Of a stretch of 64,000 nt of DNA, positions 29,701 to 44,127 are shown piece by piece; position 1 is the stretch's first letter, and every line of letters begins with the position of its first letter. The position numbers were made by a program, and so were the translations under genes. Where the stretch lies: the NCBI RefSeq assembly GCF_037042905.1, contig NC_087250.1, positions 13,952,001 through 14,016,000 on the forward strand. Direction: 5' to 3'. Source of the stretch: Lytechinus pictus. Its lineage: Eukaryota. A model generated the notes under the pieces. The model was not told where the DNA came from. It saw nothing but the letters and a program-made list of their open reading frames with translations, and did not search any database.

Positions 29701-29810
29701 TGACACCCTCACTCCACATCCCCTTTACCACACACACATGGGCTTATTTATTTTTCATCTTTAATTAACCACGAACAATTAACCCCCCCCAAAAAAAAAT
29801 CTAAATAAAT

Positions 29811-30102
29811 AAAGATCGTACTATTGACAGAGCTCATTGCGTTACTCTCTTACATCGTTTATGATGATATACATTTTATTTTCAACCTCGTGGTGATAGC
29901 GGACGCCGCCGTGAACTTTTAAAGATCGTGCTACTGACGGAGCTCATTGCGTTACTCTCTTACATCGTTTATAATGATATACACTTCTTTTTAACCTCGT
30001 GGTGATAGCGGACGCCGGTGTGAACTTTTAAAGATCGTACTACTGACGGAGCTCATTGCGTTACAATCTTACATCATTTATGATGATATACATCTTTTCA
30101 AC
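29811..30102. repeat. Tandem repeat, ~110 bp x 2.7
   Basis: Units starting aaagatcgt at about 29811, 29921 and 30030. Confidence 0.85.
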
Positions 30103-30529
30103 ATCAATTTATTTGTCTTTGCAACTTCGTCGGGAGATGCTTCTTTTATATTTCTTCTTAGATATCAAAAGTTCATTTCTCAAGATAGTAATAAATTGAT
30201 TTGAAAATGCTAGCTCCCCAAAACATTTTAATAACATATTCCGAATCATTGTGCGTGCTTGCGACTTCTACTACATTTTAATTACACTTGCGACTTTACT
30301 ATGATGCGTCGTACGAGATCAAGAGATCATTCCAATAATTCTAAATCGCCAGCACCTAAAAATACTTATAAATGATGTCCCGCCGACCGTTCATTAACCT
30401 GTGATCTATGGGAATTATTTTTATTTTATTTTCCTTTGCGCCTTTGCTCGGAAGATGCGTCTTTCGTTTATCTTTCTAATAAAAATCACTCGGTTTATTT
30501 TAAGCAATAACACCTCAAAACCCCTTTAA

Positions 30530-30924
30530 AGGTAAATGCTAGTTTTGGTAACGATTTCAAAATGAGTTCGTACAGAATCCAATGAAATGACCACCAAAGT
30601 GTCTGTTTGTATAAATAAAACGTATGTGCCAAAGGATTTTGGAAGAAATTGCGTAATTGCTGAGAAATCAGCAAATAAGCTCAGGACTCGGGTAGAGCGT
30701 CGGGCCCGACATTCAAAGCAATAATTATACACTGTCCCACGTGCGCTTATCTGTGTTGGGGATCTTCAGTCTGAACATTTTTCAGCGTAGATTTCAAGAT
30801 TTCACAAAGTTCAGTTTATGTAACTGTACCAGATCTAGATCCTCGATGATATACTGACAATTAAGCCTTGTTTTACAGACTTTCTCATGAAATTAGTGTT
30901 TACTGCAACTACTGGAATTTCTCT
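30530..30924. mobile_element. TTAA-flanked MITE (Kolobok-like)
   Basis: TTAA-aggtaaatgctagtt ... actactggaatttctct-TTAA; imperfect TIRs. Confidence 0.6.
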
Positions 30925-32954
30925 TTAAAACATGTTCCAAACGATCGCGCATGTTGGCGACTTCCATTTCAATGCATTTGTCTGTCAGGAAGATGCGCGT
31001 GACCGCGAACAAAATTTTGATGTATTCCTTTGTTTTTAAATTTAAACATCGCCGATCGATTTCAGCTCAACTGCCGATCCAAATTTCGATCTGATTTTGC
31101 AACATTAAATTTATTCATGATATGATATTATAAGAAAAAATCACGCAAGTTTGTTCTTAATCTTACATCATTAATCAAGGATATCTTTACCCGTCCGGCG
31201 CGGCGCGCATCCGGAATCATGATGTAATTTGTCACGCACAAAATTAATTGTTTTTTGTATGGGTATGGAGCCATGGCAAGGTACGCCACTGATAATTCAA
31301 ATCTTCATCCAAATCTGTTGAAACTTACCTCAACATAAAGAAAATGTGTCACCCATTACGATGATGCATTGATTAAGACATATGATGAAGAATAACTCAA
31401 GTTATGATTTTTTAAAGAAATGATTTTTAAGTATTATCCATTCCGAACGAATTGTCGACCATCGAGTATCAATCACCACCGCGCATGCGCATTCGGGGAT
31501 TGCCAATTCGGGGCGGAGATTTTACATCGCGCATAAACGCTTCTCGCGGCATGGTGACGAAGCGTAAGTGCGCATCATTTGTGAATGAGATTGGTCATTT
31601 TCGCGGCGCTCATAAATATGCATGTGCGTTCATGATACGCAAATATCAGAGTATTTTGTTGTTTTGCAAGGCACAGTGTGCAAGACGATTGATTTGAGAC
31701 TTGAAGTTAATTTCACATGTTTTAACTAGATTATCTGAATTACAGTGCACAATTACGACATGGAAGACCATTGGGATGGATTTCAAATATAATATGTAAG
31801 TGAGTTGATAACATTTGGTTTTGCATCTTTCTTTTTTCAAGTTGTTTTGAGATCGAGAATTTTTTCTTTCATTTTAATCATCATTTCTTGTTTCTTGTCT
31901 GTCCACCGCAATTTTTTGTAGTCCTATGTTAAATGTTCCCCTTCAGTACACTGATGCCTGAAAGTATGAATTCGAAAAATGCACCCCCCCCCCGCGTTCA
32001 TCCTTTCTCTCGATCCCTAACAATAACATTAAAAAGGATAATAACATAAGCTGATACTAGATAGTGTTTTGACAAGTTAATTATTAAAGTCGTTTTTTTT
32101 TTTTTTTTGGAGAGGCGGGGTGGGGGGGGGGGGTGATGTAATTCCCATTTCCCCCCCCCCTCATTTTTTGTTTTAATTCGTGACTTGATATCCTTGCCTT
32201 TACGTGATTTCCTATGCATGCTCAATCCTTGAAACTTTACATAATTTTAAAATATTTTTACAGATCCATAGTACACCATACAGAACTTTTTTTAAAGGAG
32301 CTAGTCTCAAGTTTGTCTCTCTGTTTTGTTTCCTTTTCTGTGAGTTCCTTTCTTCTCATTTTGTTCCTCTCCTGTACTAACTTTACAACCATTTGCTTTT
32401 GTTTTTGCTCCTCTAGCCTCACTTTTTCCCAATTTCATTGCATTCATTATTTTGTTTTCTCTTTCATCTACAGGAAATTTTTGTAGCCAGGAGGCTGTAT
32501 CATTTGATGAAAACATCAGTTTGGATTCGACCTTACCACAGAAATGTTAGGGGCCCTATGAAGCATTGCATCCGCTCTGCCAAACTGCCTCTCACCCGAG
32601 ATATTTGTAGAACTACACGATGCACTTTCTGCAGCAAGATCCAGCTAAAGTTGTGATGAACTAGCATATAATAGATTTCTTATATTCATAACATTCATCA
32701 TTCCAGTTCTTAATTGATATTTCAAAAGTTTAATAAATCACTTTAAATGCATTTAATATATTTCTTATATTCATATCATTCATCATTCCAGTTCTTAATT
32801 GATATTTCAAAAGTTTAATAAATCACTTTACATGCATCATATTGAGCTGTACACTGAATCTTGCCTCATAAGATCATTTGGCTTCAGCTCTACATAATAC
32901 CCCCCCCCCCCAGCAATAAAAAATGAAAATCTAATAAAACAATAGAGCTGCAGG

Positions 32955-33283
32955 CAGTAGCGTACCTAGGATTTTCCACGGGGGGGGGGGGGGCAAAATC
33001 GTCCGCCCAAAAATTTGACAAGCAAAAAAGTCTTCAACCACAAATAAAGGATTTCGTACCAGAAAAAAAAATTACAAGCCAAAAAAAAAAAAAGGTCCTC
33101 AACAGGTTATTAAGTACATTTCGCAACAGAAAAAAAATTACAAGCAAAAAAAAAGGTCTTAAACTTCAAAGGAGGGGGCCACCGGTGGCTCATCAGGGGG
33201 GGGGGGGCAGGGATACGTCCCTTGCATGGGTTGTGACTCGTCGGGGGGGCAGTCTGCCCCCCCCCCCCATAGGTACGCTAGTG
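32955..33283. mobile_element. hAT-like MITE
   Basis: TIRs cagtagcgtaccta / taggtacgctagtg; perfect 8-bp TSD gctgcagg. Confidence 0.88.
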
Positions 33284-35203
33284 GCTGCAGGTCCACCCAC
33301 CCATCTGTATCAACCATTACCTCCAATGAGAATACCTCATTTTAAATTTTATTGAGCAACTTCATTAATACTGATAAAATATCCAATTTATATTTTTATG
33401 TGGAGTTAATTAATGTAACCAATGCCAACAAGGAAAAAAAATAAAATGAATACTTTCATGTGTCAGTGTGGATTTGTCATTTCTTTTTTAAATTTATTTT
33501 AATATTCAGATCTGTATGTGTATCCTTTTTTAACACTATGTTCCTTCTCTTCTCTACTGCATGTACCAAATTGTTTGTTTTTTTGCTCATACTTCTTAAA
33601 TAAATCATGAAAAAATTACATAAAGTCTAAATAAAAATATTTAAACAGACATACAAGAAAAAAAGTGTTAGTTTGGGGTGATAGAAAATGTTAGAAGACA
33701 GTTGGGGGGGGGGTGAGATAAATCAATTGTTTCTTTCTTGTCAATTTAAAAGCTGCAATTCACATTTGTGAATAATTAAGTAGTTGGTAGAACAATTCCT
33801 GCTTAAAGTTGCAGTCTGAATGGAATGCAGGATCGCCAAGAACAAAGCCCAGAGGCAGAGGTGGGGTTGGTTTTTTTAAGGCGGCATTTCCATCACGCTT
33901 TCTTGGAACCACAGATATTCGACGGCTCATGCAGCCCAAGTCTGTTCATTGTTGGGCCCCTCGACTTCAGATCAGTAAGTATTGCCATGCTCAAATGGAG
34001 GTAAGAAATTAATCTGAATGAAAATAAAAATATGAAAACAAAAGAAAATTAAAATGATAATGAATTAAATTAGATCTAGGCCATTCATTTTTAAAATAAT
34101 AAAAAATTTAAGTTTGATTAGGCCAAAAGAAATCATGTTACATGAATTTTCAACAGAATATAATCATCAAATAATAAATCAAGACTAAAGTAAATTACCT
34201 TAAGTAAAGGCTAAAATTAGGTTCGAGAAGATTCAGAAAGTTGTTGCGTCATTTGCCATTTTTTTTTCAATATTTTATTCAATCAAAATGAATGTGTGTC
34301 AGTGTGGGATGTATTTCTGATTTCTACATTTGTGTCTGGTTTTCAATTCCTAATTTATAAAAAAGAAAAAGTTTTTTTTAATCAAAGAAATACCAGACAT
34401 ATCACGGTAGACGGTCTGCTACACAAATTCCAATGCGCAGGACTACACACCGCGGGCAACCAAAAACCCTAGCAGCCGCCATAAATAAGCCCGCGAAACG
34501 CGTCGCCAAACTTAAAAAAAAATCCCACGAAACAAATAGCAAGGGCGTTTAACATTCGTCCGTGGCAAATGGTGGCAAGAAATGCTGCCATGAATGAGGT
34601 AAGAAATGAAAGCTTACGACTTCAATTTTCGAGTAGCATATATGTATTTTTAGCGTAATATGTCTGATAATTCCATGAAAATAACATATAATGATGATTT
34701 GATGCATACACTGTACTTACAGACTGTTTTAGTGCAATTTTTGTTCCGATCTCGATCCTCCGTCGCAAAAGCTTACCGTGCAGTATAGCTGAATGCATTG
34801 GGAAGATGATGTCATCGTTTTCATTCCCATTGATATATGTTTACCATCCTAGACAGGAGACTCAAGTAGGGCTTGCCGTTATTGCTCGCACCGGCTCCCG
34901 AAGCAGCTTGTCGCCATTTTCGTACGCGAAAATGATGACGCGAAAATCGCGCCCTCTCGCGCTAGAGTAGCGTACCTATGGTGCCCATGCTGCCTGCTGG
35001 TATGTGGCAAGTGCGATGCAATTGAACTTAGTTAAGTTAGAAAATGGTTGGTAAATATAAAATATCATAATAATTTTCATAATATTTGGAATAGCAAGTG
35101 CAATTTTTCTTAATTTATTTGTATTTCCTCTAGTTTTTTTTTTAATCACTGAAATAAAGGTGTCCGGCAATAGGATACACTGCCATACCTGCATCATGGA
35201 CTC

Positions 35204-35603
35204 GCCGGTAAACGCGGTAGCCGCAGCGCGTAGCGGCCTAGCCTGCCCGCTCCGATCCCCGGGCCCGCTCTGGCTCTGCCGACAATTGGCCAGTTGGCTG
35301 GCAGGCTGGAGGAGGCGGAGCACGGACCACGCTTACCTCTGACTCTGAGGCTCTGCATCTGGATGAATATTGCAGGTCTGCAGTTTCATTTACTCACCAG
35401 AATTATCGCAGTGCTAATAAAATCGACATTATCCTCCTGGTTTTCTTTAAGTCACCAGTCCATTCACTGCTGTTTATTTCGTCAGCTAGCGCTGGACTCG
35501 GCCTCGGTCCCGTCCAGACGCAGTACTTTTTTAATTCAAGTTTGTATTGTTAGTAATACGGTAATGGATTATGGAAAGCTATTTGTGCCTTCAGTTTCAG
35601 CCA
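35204..35603. promoter_or_regulatory. GC-rich inverted copy of the gene B upstream/5' region (61805-62197)
   Basis: Long co-linear reverse-complement match that includes the KRAB-exon UTR motif tatttgtgccttcagttt; minus-strand donor-like CAGAG|GTAAGC at 35337. Confidence 0.6.
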
Positions 35604-35869
35604 CAAAAATTATATAGGTGCCACGGGCCTAATTACAGGGGCTAAAGATATTCGTTCGACCCAACCCATCCGAATTTTTGTCAATTTGATATTGCTGATT
35701 GACAAAAATGTATGAATATGATTCAAAATCTAACATTGATTCTAGAAATAGTAACTACTGAACTCCTTCGCCCAGATTGGGAAGATAACAATAAGTGACT
35801 TGGAACTATTTTTCGACTGGCGGAATATATAATTATATGAGGCGCCGATTGTACCAATATTATATAGAA

Positions 35870-36372
35870 CAATTATTTGTTATAAATTATAATCATTATT
35901 TATTAAATAATAACTATTATTTATATATAATTTACATTTTATTTGTGAATAATTATTATTTTATAAAATAACATTTCTAATTATTTATTTATAATTCCAA
36001 GTAATACTTCATTATTTATAAATAATGATTATTTGTTTTTCATTATTTATAAATAATGATTATTTGTTTTTCATTATTTATAAATAATGATTAGCCCTAT
36101 GTGATTTTCATTATTTATAAATAATGATTATTTGTTTTTTATTATTTAAAAATAATGATTTTCGTTTTTCATTATTTATAAATAAAGACACTACATACTT
36201 CATTATTTATAAATAATTGCAATTCGTTTTTCCATTATTTATAAATAAGTTTTCTATTATTTCTAAATAATAATCATTTATTAACAATGCCAGTGCACAT
36301 TTCTTTATTTATAAATAATTTGTTGAGTTTCCCATTATTTATAAATAATGATTATTTGTTAAATAATGAAAA
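35870..36372. repeat. AT-rich tandem repeat of the palindrome cattatttataaataatg (~30-bp unit)
   Basis: More than ten units visible. Confidence 0.8.
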
Positions 36373-37089
36373 CGCCCTCCACCCCCTTTATTTCTCCTGG
36401 ATGGTATTAAAAATTAAATTAAAAACTTCAATGCCTCGTGACTTATTGTTGATGCATAGAGCTATTAGCTCCATGGTTGATGGGTCTTTCTTTTCCATTG
36501 AATGATTATTAAGAACTTGACTGATTATGGTGATTTATGAAATAATTTACTGAAAAATCTGAATGTTTGATTGATGATTTATTGAAAAAGGTGAATATTT
36601 GATTGATCACATTGAGTTGATTTACTAACAAATTGTTGATTGAATGATTGATTAGTGAACGTTGATGACCTAATTTTCAGAATTTATTATCAAATTGACA
36701 GTCCACTCTGGACTTAATACGTGCATGTAATAGCAGTCAGTCTCAATCTCAACAGGAGGGGGGGGGGGGAGGGAGGGACGGACCTGAAGGAGGGAGGCTA
36801 AATGTTCTGTTGACCCTTTCCCGTCAGCTTACGTATTCACCAACTGAAGTCCTATCTTACCCCTATTCTCCTGACTCCAATGAACACACTGCTGAGATCC
36901 ACATTGTTAAGTTAAAATGCTGCACTAAATATTGCAATTCACGCTCACTAATGGATGAAATTTCCGTATAATTCATGAAATTTGCTCCAACAATTTAAAT
37001 CGATCATGAATGACCATTAATTTAATTTAAATTAATTTAAGTTCCGAGGGACTCGCCTCTCAAAAACTGACAGAAATCGAAAGGCTAAT

Positions 37090-37287
37090 TCCTGCCCACC
37101 CTAATTTTCATACCCTTTGTTTAAGTGGGTAAAGCTCACTCAAGCATGAACAGTTTTCCAACCTTTTGGTGTCATCTGAAAGTTGACTTCATTGGCTTTC
37201 CATTTATATAAGTATATTCCCCCATAGTGACATATTTTTTGTTTGGTAGCCCTTTCAAAAGTGTATAGTTTTTTTTGAGACGCACTG
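37090..37287. mobile_element. Tc1/mariner-like terminal fragment
   Basis: Ends ttttgagacgcactg-TA (reverse complement TA-CAGTGCGTCTCAAAA); partner TIR not found. Confidence 0.5.
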
Positions 37288-38620
37288 TATACCGGTACTG
37301 TATTGTTGTAATACAAAATGTTCATGTCAAGTGAATGATTTAAACATTGTTCTATATTAATATATATGTAAGGGTAAAAGATGCATGGGGGGTAATTTTT
37401 ATTACCATGGAGTCATGTTCAGTTTTCCAGAGCCAATTTCTTTTTTAGCTCTGGGCATGGTTTCGCATCGCAGTTTCCAGGTGCATTTACATAATGTTCA
37501 ATACTGTTCAATTTTTATTCATTTTTTTAATTGATATCAAATGTTAAATAATTATTCAATTAATTGTTCACATATTGTTAATTATTTCAACATCTGTAAC
37601 TGTTAGGATTAGATCACGGGTGTCGATCGGTATTCTTGGTTGGGGGGGGGGGGATGATTGACACAAATGTTCTTGTGGATGGGGATCTTTCAACACTACC
37701 CCCACTAACATCACAAGTTAGGACATTTGGGAGTCGTTGACATGCATGGTGTTCTTGGAAATTCCTTCATTGTTGCAGTGTGCTGTACTTCTATAATTTT
37801 TTTGAAAATTCAATTTGTGTTACAAGTAAGCCTATTCTAAACTCATACGAAAGAAAAAATGACAAAAATTGTCTGGACCATGTACAAAGTGATCTGTTTA
37901 TTGAGCATGATGTATGCAACTTCTCTTAAATCTAACCCGTCTGGCAAATATGTTTTTTCTTCTTAATGCATGATGATGAAATGCAGATTCGGACAAATTA
38001 AGACTAGCACAAATTACAAACTGTGTGGCTTCTCGTGCGCCATCGGGCTTACCGTCATTCTTTATACGATTTTCAACCCTGGATTTTTACATGTTTTAAA
38101 TGCTTTATAAGTGCATGAAACAAAAAAACAAACATAAAAACAATCAAAACTCAGTTGTCATGTTATGATATTTCTCCAACATTTTCTTGAACCATCAGTG
38201 TGTAATATCAGCTAATATATATGTGTTAAAATGAAATATATGTACCGCATGAGTGTGCTCATTTAGAATGCAAAACTGTCATCCCCTTCCAAACCCAAAA
38301 GAGAGTTCTTTTTGCCAAAATGAGAAAAAAATCAATCAAGTTTAGTTATTCAAGTCCATAATAATAACAAGAATAACATGAAAAAAACATCCGATGTTCA
38401 TATCCGAAGATACGCTTTAGAGAGAAATGAATGATTATTCTTTCTGAAACCATTAATTGATTTCACTTATTAAAAATTGTAAAAATATGATCATATTATA
38501 TTGAGCTCACTGAACCTCAATATTTTCACGAGAGGTATCTGATGGGGTCACATGATAAAATGTTCAATATTAATTACATCCAACCGCATACAACGAAAGC
38601 ACCATACATTATGAGCTACT

Positions 38621-40182
38621 CAGCGGCGTAACAGGGGTCGGTGGCCAGGGGGGGGGGGGGGGGGGCAAGAGCCTAAAATTTCCTGGTCATATCATGCATT
38701 GAACAGGCGTAATGGTGTAATGAGGCGACTATTTTGAGAAGGCCAGATATCGCGTATTAGGCAGAATTTATCTTTAAAAAAAGTTGTGAGCGAACAAAAT
38801 TTTTGACCTTTTTAATACAAAAATCCAATTTTGTGATAGATTTTGACATGATATCCAGAGAATAATATATTTCACTCTTCTCTCTTTAGATTCCTTTTTT
38901 TGTGGTCTGTACGCCACTGTGAACATGATTCTTTGCGGCAGTGAAGAGTAAAAAAAAATAAAAAACGAGGGGTGCAGCTACAGCACATGTGCTAAAAAGC
39001 TGTCCCGAGCGAGCGAAGCGAGTGAGAAAAAATCACCACTTCATGAGAATCTAACTTTGAGCTATTTTTTGACATATTCAGTAAATAAAATCATATCCTA
39101 CACTTTTCCTTTGCTTTTCTTTCCTCCTTTTTTTGTTTGTTCTTTGTAGAACTTTTGGGGCCATGGCCCAACCCTTCCATACAAAGTGCTGTGCGGTCCG
39201 GGGCGGAGCCCCCGAACTTCATGATATCAAAGCCATTTAAACCTCGCAGATTGCCGCTATTTTAATCAAATCGCAGGTATATATAGAATACAGCTTTTAC
39301 ACAACACATAGATTCAACCTAGTTGCGTAATTAACCAAATATTTTGATGGGGCAAATCATAGCAATGTGGGAAAACTTTGTAAAAAGTGCTAGCGTGCAA
39401 AGCGAGCTGGAAAAAAATTGCCTATTGAAATTAAATTCTAATTATGTGATATATTTTTCCATTATATATTCAGCAAATAACACATTTCATTGTTTCCATT
39501 CATTTCATTATACGTTGTCTCCTATAATTTCTTTTATTTCCTCTTGGGTGTGGAATTAACCAAGACCCCCCCCCCTCGCGCCTGTATGCCAGTGATTGAA
39601 CATGATTGAACGGGGGGCGTTATAGAGCCATTTGAAGGTTATAAATAAAGAGCCTGCTTGGGGTCTGGGGCAAAGCCCCGGTAGCTTATTTGAATATAAT
39701 TTAGCAAACTAATAGCACAATGTTGTTTGCAGTCCATCTTTCTTCCTACTCATTAATTTCAATCATCGGCAGCCCGGTCATGTTATTATTTTTTTCTTGT
39801 CCCTTTTCTTTGTTTTCCAATTTAGCTTTTGACTAATCCCATTCTACCTACGTTTCCCGCTGTTGTTTGCCATTTTTTCATCTTTTGATTTATTTCCCAC
39901 GGTGCTATTGCATTACATAGGCCTTTTTCGGAATGATTTGTTCTTTTTCAATTGTTCTTTTTTTGTACATTTCCCGCTTTCCTTCCTTTCCCATTAAAAA
40001 AATTCTTCGTTTTCTTTTCCCTGTACCTTTCCTTTCCCCTCTTTCCTTTTCCCCTTTCCTTCCCCTTTCCCTTTCTTTCTTCCTCCTTTTTTTCTTTTCC
40101 CCGCTTTTCTTTTATTTTCCCGGTGAAATCCGCCAGGGGGGGCAACTTGCCCCCCCCCTGCCCCCCGCCTGTTACGCCACTG
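38621..40182. mobile_element. hAT-like non-autonomous element
   Basis: TIRs cagcggcgtaacagg / cctgttacgccactg; perfect 8-bp TSD gagctact. Confidence 0.88.
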
Positions 40183-40876
40183 GAGCTACTGATCACCAAA
40201 CGACCATTATGACTTCTTAAAAGTGAAATTTTTGCATTTGATATGGGCTCACTCTTTCATGACTATAGGCACCTCATTTCCACAATAATGAGGACATCAA
40301 TGCTCTCCTGCAAAATATTATTGACCAAAACGTATCGTTCAAGTCAAGGTATTTGGATATACAAGTAGGGGTGACTTTCGTTTTGTGCACATCTTTCTTT
40401 TGGCATATTTTCTTGTTCAAAGGTTTACTGAATGCCGAACTTAATATATAACAATACTACCATGACGTACAAGTGTGTATAACCAGGCAAATAAATGAAG
40501 TGATTACCCTATACTCTATAGAAACGCAAAGTTATTTTTCTTTGAATTTTCTGGGAATGAATAAGAAAAAGGGTGAAAAACCCCATCTATTTCAGGAGTC
40601 TCAATAATGTCCGAAAATCTTTCGCCTCATGTTAGACCTTATTGCAAATAATTTTTTATGACAGCGATGCCTGGCGATTTACTTTTTTTACATAACAAAA
40701 ATGAAGTGATATACAAAAGGATTGTAGATTAAATGGGACAAACATCATGCACTTGGATGTGGGGAGGCGTAAATCTGAGAAGTTATTTATACTTTTTCAA
40801 GATCTACCCCTCTGGGATTTACGTCAATGGGGTTTTCCCCGTTTTTATTGCCACCATTTTACTCCCGTTTATTCTT

Positions 40877-42577
40877 GGCTCGGTGTAAAAATGGCAGAGG
40901 TAAAAATGGCAGAGGCAAAAATGGCAGAGGTAAAAATGGCAGAGGCAAAGATGGCAGAAGTAAAAATGGCAGAGGTAAAAATGGCAGAGGTAGAAATGAC
41001 AGAGGTAATTAATGGCAGAGGCAAAAATGGCAGAGGTAAACATGGCAAAGGTAAAAAAAAACAAATCCCCTCCATGCTTATAGCAGATTAAATAAGAAAG
41101 GTTCTGAGAAGAAAATTTGAATAATAATGTTTGACTAATGGAAAGGGTAATATTTTCAAATGATACTGTAAATATTATGCCCCAAATTGAAAACACTTGA
41201 GCTGGTATTTTTTAATTTTTTCCTGGACTTACATGCACGGCCTTCTCATGTCAAATCGTTCATCTTATATTCAAATTTGAAGCACACTTTGGATCCCAAG
41301 TATTATCCTTAATTCATTACAGGGGAAATTCACACTGACATAAAGTTTATTGTACAAATAGTAGAAAATAATTAAAATGATATTGGTGGGGGTTTTAGAG
41401 AATCCATCAAAGATTTATAAAGCTGTTATTTCCGAGCAGTTTTTCCCACATAATTATGGTGTAATAAAAAATATAAATGAAATGTCATTTTCTTTTAAAA
41501 AATTAAAATGGTTTTTATTGTATACCTTAAGTATATCAACATACGAATATTTCACATCCGCTCCTGAAAGAATTTTTTGGCAATCATGAACCACTGATTA
41601 AAAACTTGGAAAGTATATATTTTGGTGCATACGTGGCAGCTGCTAGTATATGACGTCACAGATCAAAAACTGAAAATTCTAATAACTTTCTTAATCTTTG
41701 ATGGACTTTCTGCAAACCACCAATATATTTTTCTGCTAATTTTACAGTAAACCATTTGTCAGGGTGAATTTCCATTTTAAAAATCTATTTAAAAAAAAAT
41801 CTAAATCCCTGATTCGCTACACATTTCAAAATTCATGCGATAACTGTTACCATATAGAAACTAGTTTAGGAACCTGACATCCACTTGGACTAGGTGTAAT
41901 GAGGTATTGCTCTGAAAACTGAACACTAGTTAATATTATTTTATCATTTACACCAAACTACATGCGTATCATATCAATATCTATTCGGATCCATTATGAT
42001 GTATAAAAATTACTTTTATTACAGAGCGTTTTGTTACAATTTGTTCAAAGAAATCCCGAACTTGCCTATTTCAGTGTGTTAATGGTAACGCAAATTGTTG
42101 TTTACATTAAAATTTGTTGGGTATGTATGGGATGAAGTGCTGTTCTACTATACGAACTGGCCAAGATAAATCCTTTCATCAATCACTAATTAAAATCATT
42201 TTGGCATGAAAATATCATATCAACGATAAAGTATAGACCTAAAATGATGACAAAAATGCATATGATATCTAATCAGTTCATAATACTCATTTCGTCGAGA
42301 GGGTCGAGTCCATTCAAGTTCAATAATTAGGACTGATATTAACCGAAAAGGCCCTGTCTTCCTCGTTGATGTTGCATGTCATGATCTTTACCTCTGTCAT
42401 TTATGCCTCTGCCATTTTTACCTCTGCCATTTTTACCTTTGCCATTATAACCTCTGCCATTTTTACCTATGCCATTTTTACCTCTGCCATTATTACCTCT
42501 GCCATTTTTCCCTGCCATTTTTACCTCTGGTATTTTTACCTCTGCCATTTTTCCTTCTGCCATTTTTACCCGGCACC
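40877..42577. mobile_element. Foldback (TU-like) transposon with TIRs made of 15-bp tandem repeats
   Basis: (aaaaatggcagaggt)n at 40887-41055 and its inverse at 42385-42570; 8-bp TSD ttattctt. Confidence 0.85.
41321..41777. mobile_element. Kolobok-like MITE nested in the foldback element
   Basis: ggggaaattcacactgaca / tgtcagggtgaatttcc inverted ends; TTAA on the right, TTAC on the left. Confidence 0.6.
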
Positions 42578-43567
42578 TTATTCTTCCACCCTTTTGAATT
42601 AATTGATTTATTAAAATTAATTCATAATGGTTAGTTTTGGTCATGTTCGCTCATTTGGTTTACGTAGCAGACGATGCTAGCCTGCTAGTATATAGTATAC
42701 TTACGCAGACCCTATTGCAAATCAAAATTAATTTCGGACTCGATATTTGCTTCCTCAAACGTAGCTATATTATAAATATCAGTAGGCAAAGCTTTATAGT
42801 ACAAAAACATTGTTACTTTCAACATTAAATGCGTTAATTAAATTTGTTTGGACTGTATTAATTGTTTCAAATAAAAAAAGGGTCTAGGAACGGACACTAT
42901 CATACGTTAGTCACGTGACCTTGTACTCAGAAATATGCCATTTTCTGCCTGCTTGGTCTCAAAGTTTGGGAGAAAAATGAGATGTAACTATTATACCAGT
43001 CATAAAGTATTATACATCAAACTGTAGGTAATCTATTTAGCATTGAGATGACAATCAAGCTCGACCCATGACATATTCCAGGGGGAAACAAAGGTGTCTA
43101 GGTCTCGAAAATATGGGTGGTTAGTCGGACCGTTTGCCATAGCAAGAGTTGTGAATACGGACACTTTCGAATGAACAGCGAGACGTAAATAGTGAATTAT
43201 TTGTAATAATATTTACATCAAATTAATGGAATTAGATAAAATTTTCACACTATTATCAATCTGGTGTGAGATTATTGATAGTTATAAAGATATACCCGGA
43301 TTTCTGCAATATTACGTCCATGAAAACCACTGTTCCCTGTGTTGAAGCTGTGTGTGTGTGTGGACTTTCGGACACTCAAATGCACGCGACTAAGGATGAA
43401 ACACCCTATCAACAAAAGTAATTGTTTTCCGTCGGGGTCCGGCCTTTTATGTCATGTGTTAAAAAATATCATATACAGTACATAAACCTTTCATTCTTTT
43501 TCATCTTGAATCTCCACCCATCTGTTTAAAAGTCCTGGAAAAGAATGTTTTTATTTAATAACAATAT

Positions 43568-44123
43568 CCCGGGGGGGGGGGGGGGGCCACTTCCATTCAC
43601 GAGTGGATACCATGCGCGACCATGGGGTCTTGAAAAGCACCCTAAACACGTAATTTCCATATTCTGAAAATGCACCTCTTAACAAGTATTGGCGTGTGAA
43701 ACCCTACCCTTAACAAGTATTGGAAACAAAACGACACTCTTGGCAAATATTCCCTGAAATGAACCCCTAAACAAGTACAAGAATGTTTTATTGTTACGGG
43801 TCCTTCGGTACTTTACCTTATTTGGTGTAGTACAACCCAACCTTCTACACCTCGCGCAAATTGGACTCTAAACACGAAGTGTTGGGGCAAAAAGGACATC
43901 CTTTATAAAACATTTTAATTTTGTTTTATCATCCCCGCAAATTCGACCCTAAACACGTAATTGCCCTAGCGAAATAGACACCCTTTTTTCATTATTTTTG
44001 TGTTTTTGACACCCTTATCACGTTACGTACGTAACGTGCCCTATCGTGAAAAAGACATCCTTTTTACGTGTTTTTTTGGTCGCGCATGGTATCCACTCAT
44101 CAATGTAAGTGGCCCCCCCCAGG
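43568..44123. mobile_element. Non-autonomous TIR element with CCC/poly-G ends (EnSpm-like)
   Basis: ggccactt.catt...gagtggataccatgcgcgacca and its inverse at 44077-44120; tat on both flanks. Confidence 0.8.
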
Positions 44124-44127
44124 TATA

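Noticed and set aside
32280..32660. Short ORFs (MFSSNDTASWLQKF...) as a gene
   Set aside because: May be a transposase remnant, but I cannot recognise a diagnostic motif.
39933..40220. Lys/Phe-rich ORFs (also 54105-54468)
   Set aside because: Low-complexity purine/pyrimidine tracts inside hAT-like elements.
40747..42644. Repetitive ORFs MAEVK / KNGRG / TSAIF
   Set aside because: Translations of 15-bp TIR repeats.
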